64,000 nucleotides of DNA from Malacoraja senta. Its lineage: Eukaryota. The position numbers and the translations under genes are program-made. How positions within the stretch are numbered: position 1 is the stretch's first letter; each line of letters opens with the position of its first letter. Below, piece after piece: positions 24,811 to 34,370 of this stretch. The notes beneath the pieces are model-generated. The model had not been told where the DNA came from. It ran no database searches and worked only from the letters and a program-made list of their open reading frames with translations. The DNA is taken from NCBI GenBank assembly GCA_038087875.1, contig CM075997.1, forward strand, positions 2,854,001-2,918,000, in the 5' to 3' direction.

Positions 24811-24931
24811 GATCTTGTCGGAGATCGGTGAGGTTCAATCTCCTCGGTAACAAGAAAAAGAGCTGGAGGAACTCAGCGGGTCAGGCAGCATCTGTGGAGG
24901 GAATGGACAGGCGACGTTTTGGATCGGGACC

Positions 24932-25240
24932 CTTCAAGACTCCATTCCTGTCTCAATTTAACAGGTCAGTTTCCGACGACAGCAGGTAGCCGAGGTTGAT
25001 GATCACCATGGGCTGGAATGACACGTCGTTGAAGATCCCAAAGGCCAATCTTGCTCCAAGTTCTCTGTGACCTTCCACACCTGGCGCTGGAGAAGCTGTT
25101 GAGGAACAACTTGGTGGGATTTCTTGTCGCCCTGGATCTCCTCCAGATGATGTGAAGGGGAAAACATGAAACATCTGCCAACTGATGTGGTCGCCGGCTG
25201 TTTGCGAGGAACTTTCCCTCCAAAGACTTGCAGGAAAATG
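24932..25240 (-). pseudogene. H3-like repeat unit, copy A
   Basis: Homologous to 25680-25964; FNDVSFQPMVII...SSETDLL resembles H3 FKTDLRFQSSAVM...SEAYLV. Confidence 0.55.
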
Positions 25241-25502
25241 CCACTGGGGAAGATGAGTCAGAGCCGGACGAGTTTGACAAATTTCTTAAATGCCATGGAT
25301 TCTCCTGTGCAACCCCAAGCGGGATTGGATAGCACGCAATATAAATTAAACTAAAGTAACCTCAAATAAACTACATTAATCTCAACTAAACTAAAACAGA
25401 TAAAATGAACGTCAGGAACTCAAGCGCCGTTCGTGTAAAACCATCGGATTTGAAGCCACATTGGTGAGGACCGTACTGGAATTCCTCACTCCGTCCAACA
25501 AA

Positions 25503-25518
25503 GGCCCTTTTAAGAGCC
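25503..25518 (+). other. Replication-dependent histone 3' stem-loop (one stem mismatch)
   Basis: CAAAGGCCCTTTTAAGAGCCAC fits the SLBP stem-loop consensus; preceded by CTCAAGCGC...GGATTT, similar to H4 LKR...GF. Confidence 0.7.
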
Positions 25519-25679
25519 ACTAGCCACCCCGCCCGCGCTCTCATCTGTATTTGGGATTTCATCGTCAACATTTCCCAGTACAACTGGCAGCGATCTGTTG
25601 CACGTGAGAATAATACACGGCGTTTAAGAAATTTGTCAAACTCATCTGGCTCTGACTCATCATCTGTCCCAGTGGCATT

Positions 25680-25964
25680 TTCCTGCAAGTCTTCGGAGGG
25701 AAAGTTCCCCGTAAACAGCTGGCGACCACATCAGTCAGCAGATGTTTAATGTTTCCCCCTTCACACCATCTGGAGGAGAACCGGGGCCATAAGAAATCCC
25801 ACCAACTTGTTCCTCAACAGCTTCTCCAGCGCCAGGTGTGGACGGTCAAGAACGTGGAGCAAGATTGGCCTTCAGATCTTCAACCATGTGTTATTCCAGT
25901 CCATGGTGATCATCACCTCTGCTATCTGCTGTCGTCGTTAACTGACCTGCTGAATGGAGACTAG
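25680..25964 (+). pseudogene. H3-like repeat unit, copy B (inverted)
   Basis: GGKVPRKQLATT at 25695-25730 versus H3 GGKAPRKQLATK; LEENRGHKKS...LLQRQV versus LREIRRYQKS...FQRLV; no in-frame ATG before the motif. Confidence 0.65.
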
Positions 25965-26179
25965 AATAGAGTCTTGAAGGGCAGTGATCCAAACATCATC
26001 TGTCCACTCTCTCCACATATGTTGCCTGACCCACTGAGTTCCTCCAGTTGTTTTTCTTCTGACCGATGAGATTGAGCCTTGCTGATCTGTTCCGGAGCCA
26101 CAGGAAGTTGTTCCTCAACCACTGCTCCACATGTGGAAGTTTGGCTCAAACGTGGAAAATGATTTGCCTTCTTGCAAAA

Positions 26180-26815
26180 GCTTTGTTGGCTTTCAGAACA
26201 AGAGGAGTCGAGTATAGGAGCAAAGAGGTCCATCTGCAGTTGTACAAGGCCCTGATAAGACCACACCTGGAGTATTGTGTGCAGTTCTGTTCTCCAAATT
26301 TGAGGAAGGACATTCTTGCTATTGAGGGAGTGCAGCGTAGGTTCACATGGTTAATTCCCGAGATGGCGGGACTGTCATATGCTGACAGAATGGAGCGGCT
26401 GGGCTTGTATACTCTAGAATTTAGAAAGATGAGAGGGGATCTTATTGAAACATATAAGATTATTAAGGGTTTGGACACTAGAGACGGGAAACATGTTCTC
26501 GATGTGGGGGAGTCCTGAACCAGGGGCCACAGTTTAAGATTAAGGGGTAAGCCATTTAGAATGGAGATGGGGAAACACTTTTTCACACAGAGTTGTGAGT
26601 CTGTGGAATTCTCTGCCTCAGAGGGCGGTGGAGGCCGGTTCTCTGAATACTTTCAAGAGAGAGCTAGATAGGGCTCTTAAAGATAGCGGAGTCAAGGGGG
26701 GGATATGGGGAGAAGGCAGGAACGGGTACTGATTGTGGATGATCAGCCATGATCACATTGAATGGCGGTGCTGGCTCGAAGGGGCGAATGGCCTACTCCT
26801 GCACCTATTGTCTAT
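26180..26815 (+). mobile_element. CR1 LINE 3' fragment
   Basis: LYKALIRPHLEYCVQFCSP translation; CTATTGT tail. Confidence 0.85.
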
Positions 26816-28807
26816 TGTAGCAAGGTTGTGTCCCAGCTCCCATGCTGTTCGGCATCTTCCTATCTGCCCTCTGTCCTTTGTCTTCACGACTGACACAGAA
26901 GCAGCGTATCTTCACACTAGAAGCGACAGGAACCTCTTCAGTCCAGCAACTCTGAAAGCCAAGACCAAGGTAAGAACTGTGCTTATAAGTGTTCAATGGT
27001 TCTGTATTAGTAATATTTACCGAGCTAAAGTGAAATTCATTTCTGTATACTGTTTAATACAGGTATCACCACACATAATCACTATGACAAATCTTAAATA
27101 AGCATCTCGGATACGGTACAAGTGTATAACAGTAGTAGATTGTGATAGTAGACAGAGAGGCCAGGTTTGGTGCCATTTTTCAAGTCTCAGTTTGTAAGTG
27201 CAGACTTCAGTCCTTCGATTCTGTCCGCAGACGTGGCTCTACCAGGTATTGGAGATGATTGGATGTCCACCACGTCTTCTAAACCTCACTCAGCCCTTCC
27301 ACAAGAACATGCATCTACAGTGCAATTTTATGGCGCTACTTCGGACAGTTTACCCATGAGCAGTGGAGTGAATTGGGAGTATAAAGATAGAGTTAAAGGG
27401 AAAGCAAGTATAGGGAAAGTAACAAAATACTCCCGAATTATTGGAAGGAAAGTTCGAGAAGGGATAAGAGAGTAAGGTCAGGGCCAATAGTTAGGGTTAG
27501 GGACCACAGATGGGCTGTAAAATATTCTACCTTCAATGCATGGATTTTAAACTTTAATATATTAAAATTAATACAATAAAATCAATAGTGTAAATGAAAA
27601 GTTGTCTGAGTCGTTCAGTTTTATTTACAGATGTATTGGTCAGCTTCCAGATCCAATCACTGTCTAACTTTTCACAGGAATGGATTCAGTGAGTGTAGCC
27701 TGAACTCCCCTCTCCCCTCCTCCCCCCTCTTCTCCCCCTCCCGCCCCATCCCTCCTTCTCCACTACCCCCCCTACCCTTCTCCCCTCCCCTCTCCCCCCC
27801 TTCTTCTCTCTTCCTCCTCCCCGCTCCTCTCTTCTCCCCCTTCCCCAATCCCCCCAACAACCCTTCTTCCCCACCCCCCACTTTCTCCAATGCCCCCCAT
27901 TTGTGGACCCAGCCTGCGACCAGCGAATACCTGCACACTGTCCCACACACGCTAGGGACAATTTATACAAACCCTAACCCTAACACAGGCCCTAACCCTA
28001 GTCCTAACCCTAACCGTAACACTAACTCTAGGTTGATAGGCTTGGTATAAGTATAAATTGTCCCTAGCGTATGTGGGATAGTGTGTGGGGGATCGCTGGT
28101 CGGTGCAGATTCGGTGGGCCGAAGGGCACTGTATCTCTGAACTAAATGTGATACAGGGGCCCCAGGGGTTGGACTCGAACCCCAATGTTTTGCCTGCTCG
28201 TGGGAACTAAACTGTTGGCCACGAGTTGTCCCAGAGGGCATATCTCTCTTCCAATGGTCTCTACAAACCCCCAGAGGCAGCGGGCATTTCAACTAGGTAC
28301 AGCAATGTTGTCAATGTACCAGTGCCACCCACCTGCTCCGGCCACTGGGTATAAATACCCACCACCCATTTTGAAGCAAGGAGAGGGGGCAGGGATGGGG
28401 TGGGGGGGAGTTGTTCCCAAAGTCTGCATTTATCCCATAGTCAATGTTACTAAAACAGATGATGTGGCCTTGTGCAGTACTATTAGTGGGGGGGGGGTTG
28501 GAGACGGTGATTGGATCTGGAAGCAGACCAATACATCTGTAAATAAAACTGAACGACTCAGACATCTTGTCATTTGCACAATTGATTTTATTGTATTAAT
28601 TTTAATATATTAATGTTTAAAATCCATGCACTGAAGGAAAAATATTTTACAGCCCTTCTGTGGTCCCTAACCAGGCGTCACCCGCAGGACAGCATATACG
28701 TCAGCGTGTGACAGGGCGCACGACATGATAAGACACCCAGATGTCGCCCCTGGATTTTGAACATTCCAAAATCCAGGGGCGACGGCGACACCACGCGTCA
28801 CCTGCAT

Positions 28808-29757
28808 GGGGTACCGCAAGGCTCGGTGCTGGGACCGCAACTTTTTACAATATATATTAATGATTTAGATGAAGGGATTACAAGTAACATTAGCAAATTT
28901 GCAGATGACAGAAAGCTGGGTGGCAGTGTGAACTGTGAGGAGGATGCAGGGTGACTTAGACAGGTTGAGTGCGTGGGCAGATGCATGGCAGATGCAATTT
29001 AATGTGGATAAATGCGAGGTTATCCACTTTGGTAGCAAAATCAGGAAGGCAGATTATTATCTAAATGGTGTCAAGTTGGGAAAAGGGGAAGTACAATGGG
29101 ATCTGGGGGTCCTTGTTCATCAGTCTATGAAAGTAAGCATGCAGGTACAACAGGCAGTGAAGAAAGCGAATGGCACGTTGGCCTTCATAACAAGAGGAGT
29201 TGTGGATAGGAGCAAAGAGGTCCTTCTGCAGTTGTGCAGGACGCTAGTGAGACCACATCTGGAGTATTGTGTGCAATTTTGGTCTCCAGATTTGAAGAAG
29301 GACATTCTTGCTCTTGAGGGAGTGCAGCGTAGGTTCACAAGGTTAATTCCCGGGATGGGGGGGACTGTCATATGCTGAGAGAATGGAGCAGCTGGGCTTG
29401 TATACTCTGGAATTTAGAAAGATGAGAGGGGATCTTATTGAAACATATAAGATTATTAAGGGTTTGGACACGCTAGAGGCAGGAAACATGTTCCCGTCTC
29501 TAGCGGAGACGAGGAAACACTTTTTGACCCAGAGAGTTGTGAGTCTGTGGAATTCTCTGCCTCAGAGGGCGGTGGAGGCCGGTTCTCTGAATACTTTCAA
29601 GAGAGAGCTAGATAGGGCTCTTAAAGATAGCGGAGTCAGAGGATATGGGGAGAAGGCAGGAACGGGGTACTGATTGTGGATGATCAGCCATGATTACATT
29701 GAATGGAGGTGCTGGCTCAAAGGGCCGAATGGCCTACTCCTGCACCTATTGTCTATT
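28808..29757 (+). mobile_element. CR1 LINE 3' fragment
   Basis: [15 protein letters not shown] and VRPHLEYCVQFWSP translations. Confidence 0.88.
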
Positions 29758-30134
29758 GTAGCAAGGTTGTGTCCCAGCCCCCATGCTGTTCGGCATCTTC
29801 CTATCTACCCTCTGTCCTTTGTCTTCACGACTCACACAGAAGGAGCATATCTTCACACTAGAAGCGACAGGAACCTCTTCATTCTACAACGCTGAAAGCC
29901 AAAACCAAGGTAAGAACTGTGCTTATAAATGTCCAATGGTTCTGTATTAGTCATATTTACCGAGCTAAAGTGAAATTCATTTCTGTATACAGTTTAATAC
30001 AGGTATCACCATACATAATCACTATGACAAATTTTAAATAAGCTTCTCAGATACGGTACAAGTGTATAACAGTAGTAGATTGTGATAGTAGACAGAGAGG
30101 CCAGGTTGGTGCCATTTTTAAACTCAGTTTGTTA

Positions 30135-30655
30135 GTGCAGGGTTGTTGTGTTGGTGGGGTGTGTGTGGGGGAGGGAGAGGGCAGCGAGCATTGTGGAGCC
30201 GGAGAGGGGGGGGGGTGTGGGTGGGTGGAGTGTTGGGAGGGGTGTGTTTGGGCGGGGGTGATGGGTGCGCGGGTGGGGTGTGGTGGAGGGAGGATGTGGG
30301 AGAGGGTGTGTGTGGGGGAGGGGTATGTGTGCGGGAGGGTGGGTGTGTTGGTGGGGTGGGGGTGGGGGGAGCAGAGTGGGGACGGGGGGGTGTCGGGAGG
30401 GGTGTGTGTGGGCAGGGTTGTGCGGGGGGGAGTTGTCTGGGGGAGGGTGTGTGGGCGAGGGTGTGTGTGTGTGGGCAGGGGTGAGGGGTGTGTGGGCAGG
30501 TGGGGGAGGGGTGTGTGGGTGAGGGGTGTGGGGGGAGAGTGCGGGAAGGGAGGATGTGGGAGGAGAGGGGGGGAGTGTGGGGGAGGGGGAAGCGAGGATG
30601 TGGGAGGAGTGAGAGGGGGGGTGTGGGGGAGGGGAGATTTGGGGGAGGGAGTGTA
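30135..30655. repeat. G/GT-rich low-complexity tract
   Basis: Visible composition; matched by a C-rich tract at 27705-27900. Confidence 0.85.
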
Positions 30656-31249
30656 TTTCTTGCTGTAGATTAACAAGCCTGTAATTGCAACAACACAAAA
30701 ATGCATTAATTTACATTTCAGTAAGTTTATACTCACGATACTACTGTAAACATGTCTGTAATGCAACCAAAGACTCAGGCCATGGTTCTTCACAGTTCAT
30801 AGATGTGGTTTGTGTTGGTCAGTGTTCAAGAGCCTGATGGTTGCAGGGAAGAAAGCTGTTCCTGAACCTGGAGGTCACGTTTTTTGGGCTTCTGAACAAA
30901 ATAATGGGAGCGTAATGCAATGACACACAGATAACTAATAAAATTAAAATCCAGGAAATTAATAATTAAATGCTAGTGTAAAAAATATCTGTCGGGCACA
31001 AAAGACACAGTCCATAATATCTCAACGTTGTGGTTCATGTTGTGCAGCGTTCGACAGGCTTGTAATTGCTGGAAGAAGCTGCTCTTAAACATGGAGGTCA
31101 GTTTCCCTGCTTCTGTTGGCTTTTCACACTGGTAGGGTGGTGTGGGTCATTGATATTAGCTGCCTTTTGCAGGTGGCATCTCCTGTAGATCCCTTTGATG
31201 GTGAAGAGATCATCACTTGTGACGGACTGAGCAGTTTCTGCGTAACACA

Positions 31250-31520
31250 ACGCGTCACACCAACATCGTTACACTGTACAAGAACAAGGGAGTGCACCAA
31301 CCACAGGGACATCTCACTTCTGAGTAGTTACAGGAAAGGCCTTTGCCAGAGTGATCCTGCAAAGACTGCACAGACTCACTGACCTGAGGCACAATGGCAG
31401 TTTCCATGGAGGTTCGATCCACAATGGACATGATCTTCTCCCTGCGTCAAATACAAGGAAAAAGTCAAGAGCAGCAAACCCCATTGTACATCGCCTTTGT
31501 CAATGTTACGAAAGCTTAGA
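31250..31520 (+). mobile_element. RTE-clade LINE RT fragment
   Basis: CTNHRDISLLS, STMDMIFSLRQIQ and LYIAFVNVTKA (frameshifted) fit RTE RT motifs. Confidence 0.65.
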
Positions 31521-32364
31521 GGTGGTCATAAGTTTTGTGTGTGATTGCATTGATGTGCTGGACCCAGGACAGATCTTCAGAGACATGGACACCCAGGAAC
31601 TTGCAACATAACGTTCTCCACCACTGTCTCATGAATGAAGACAAGTTTGTGGATCATCGGCTTTCCCCATCTGAGGTCATCGACCATCTGCCATGTTTCC
31701 TGTGATTGCCCAGAGGACAAGACCTGACGAGACGGCCATGGACCAGGGCTTGTACGCAGAAGCTTCATCACACCTGGTCCTGCTGTGTTGCTGAGGAAGA
31801 TCTGGTGTCACTGGAATGCGGAGCTGATCCTCTGTAAACAGCCTCGGTGGAAGACCATGGTGGAGATGTGTTTTTAGAGCTCGGCTGTCAGCAAAGGTGG
31901 AGCAGAAAACTGCTGGAGGAACTCAGTGGGTCAGGCAGCATCTGTGGAGGGAATGGACAGACGATGCTTGGATCGGGACCCTTCAAGACTCCATTCTTAT
32001 CTCCATTAACCAGGTTGGATTATGATGACAGGAAATGGTCAAGATTGATGATCACCATGTACTGGAGTGACATGATTGAAGATCCCAAAGACCCAATCTT
32101 GCTCCACGTTCTCAGCGACCTTCCACACCTGGAGCTGGAGAAGCTGTTGAGGAACAACGTGGCTGCCGGAGGTCGGTCGAGGACGTGCCGCCGAGAGAAC
32201 ACGGCATCTATAGAGGGAATGGACAGATGACTTTTGGATCAGGATCCTTCAAGATCAAGGTACACAAAAATGCTGGAGAAACTCAGCGGGAGCAGCAGCA
32301 TCTATGGAGCGAAGGAAATAGGCAACGTTTCGGGCCGAAACCCTTCTTCAGACTTCTTCAATCC

Positions 32365-32893
32365 TTCAAGATCCATTCTTGTCTCCATTTACCAGGTCGG
32401 TTTCTGACGAGACGATATTGCCAAGTTTGATGATCACCATGGACTTGAATGACAGATCCTTGAAGATCCCGAAAGCAAATCTTACTCAACGTTCTACCGG
32501 ACCTTCCACACCTGGCGTTGGAGAAGATGTTGAGGAACAACTTGGGGGGGAATTCTTGTCGCCCAGTATCTCTTCCAGACGGTGTGAAGGGGAAAGCATG
32601 AAACAACTGCCGACTGATGTTGTCGCCAGCTGTTTGCGTGGAACTTTCCCTCCGAAGACTTGCAGGAAAATGCCACTGGGGTAGGTGATGAGTCAGAGCT
32701 GGACGAGTTTGACAAATTTCTTAAACGCCGTGGATTCTCCTGTGCAACCCCAAGAGGGATTGGATAGCACGCAACGAAAGCGATGTCAGGAACTCGAGAA
32801 CCGTTCGGATCTGAAGCCACATCGATGGGACCGCACCTGGAATTTCTCACTTCCGTCCAACAAAGGCCCTTTTAAGAGCCACTAGAAAGAGCT
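32365..32893. pseudogene. H3-like unit (minus strand) fused to an H4-like 3' remnant, stem-loop and HDE-like element (plus strand)
   Basis: GGKVPRKQLATT on the minus strand; stem-loop at 32865-32880 followed by GAAAGAGCT at 32885-32893. Confidence 0.6.
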
Positions 32894-33214
32894 ACAACCT
32901 TATCTCCCCCCCCTCCCCCGCCGTCTCGTCTGCATTTGGGATTTCATCATCAACATTTCCCAGTACAACTGGCAGCGATCTGTTGCACGTGAAAAACCAT
33001 GCCGTTTAAGAAATTTGTCAAACTCGTCTGGCTCTGACCCATCATCTGCCCCAGTGACATTTTCCTGCAAGTCTTCGGAGGGAAAGTTCCTCGCAAAACA
33101 GCTGGCGACCACATCAGTCGGCAGATGTTTCATGTTTTCCCCTTCGCACCATCTGGAGGAGATCCGGGGCCACAAGAAGTCCCAGCAAGATGTACCTCAA
33201 TGTGGACCATTGGG

Positions 33215-33590
33215 ACCACATGGGTCACTCATCACCCCAACAGAAGAAGGACTTCAGGGATTGATGGACAGACTGTCTCATGCTCACAACATAGACCGAC
33301 TGACAATTAGGACACTCACTCTCCTCTGAAATCACCATGAACACCACTCCGCTGGAAAATGTCTTAAATTCACCAACCTAGGATCTACGGTGACTGACAG
33401 CCACTCTCTGGATGAGGAAACTAATTCACGTACAGTAAACCACCTTCCTCTACAGCACCCACCTTCGGGAGGCTAAGCAAGCAGACATAGAAGAACAGGA
33501 AACTCACAATGAAGACCAAGGTAACTGTCTACAACGCAATGAGTGTTGAACACGTACTGTACAGCAGTGAAGCTTGGGCGACTTACCTAC
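33215..33590 (+). mobile_element. RTE-clade LINE fragment (partial copy at 34725-35000)
   Basis: TEEGLQGLMDRLSHA, KFTNLGSTVT and TVLYSSEAW translations. Confidence 0.65.
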
Positions 33591-34149
33591 ATCAAGAACG
33601 GTAAATGAATGGGAGAGGACCAAGAGAGGACCCGACGGTGGGCAGCCTAGGACGGGCCCGCGGTGGTTGCCGGAGGTCGGTCGAGGAGTGATGTGGAGAA
33701 CAAAATGGGACCCGCGTCGGACCAGGACAGATCTCAGAGATATGAACGCCCAGGAACTTGAAGCAGGATCTTGGAACATAACGTTCTCCACCACTGTCCC
33801 ATGAATGAAGACAAACTTGTGGATCATCGGCTTTCCCCTCCTGAGGTCATCGACCTCTGCCATGTTTCCTGTGATTGACCAGAGGACACTATCTGAAGAG
33901 GTGGCCATGGACCAGGGCTGGCACGCAGAAGCTTCATCACACCTGACCCTGCTGTGTTGCTGAGGAAGATCTGGTGTCACTGGGAATGTGGAGCTGATCC
34001 TCTGTAAACAGCCCTCAGTGGAAGACCATGATAGAGATGTGTTTTTAGAGCTCTGCTGTCAGCGAAGGTGGAGCAGAAAACTGCTATAGGAACTCAGCGG
34101 GTCAGGCAGCATCTGCGGAGGAAATGGACAGATGACATTTGGATCGAGA

Positions 34150-34370
34150 CCCTTCAAGACTCCATTCTTGTCTCCATTTACCAGGTCGGTTTCTGATGAC
34201 TGGAAATGGCCAAGATTGACGACCATCATCGACTTGCATGTGAGATGCTTGAAGATCCTGAAGACCCAATCTTGCTCCACGTTCTCTGCGAACTTCCACA
34301 CCTGGCGCTGGAGAAGCTGTTGAGGAACAACTTGGTTGGATTTCTTAGGGCGCTGGATCTCCTCCAGATT
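34150..34370 (-). pseudogene. H3-like repeat unit, copy F
   Basis: LEEIQRPKKSNQVVPQQLLQRQVWKFAENVEQDWVFRIFKHL...SSETDLV in one frame. Confidence 0.55.

Noticed and set aside
25656..25964. Intact H3 variant or CENP-A gene
   Set aside because: No ATG before the tail motif, frameshifts differ among copies, and the C-terminal helix is replaced by a repeat fragment.
27972..28025. Interstitial telomere or fusion site
   Set aside because: Few, degenerate CCCTAA units embedded in a SINE fragment.
30047..30793. Pro/His/Thr-rich and Gly/Val-rich ORFs
   Set aside because: Low-complexity G-rich tract.
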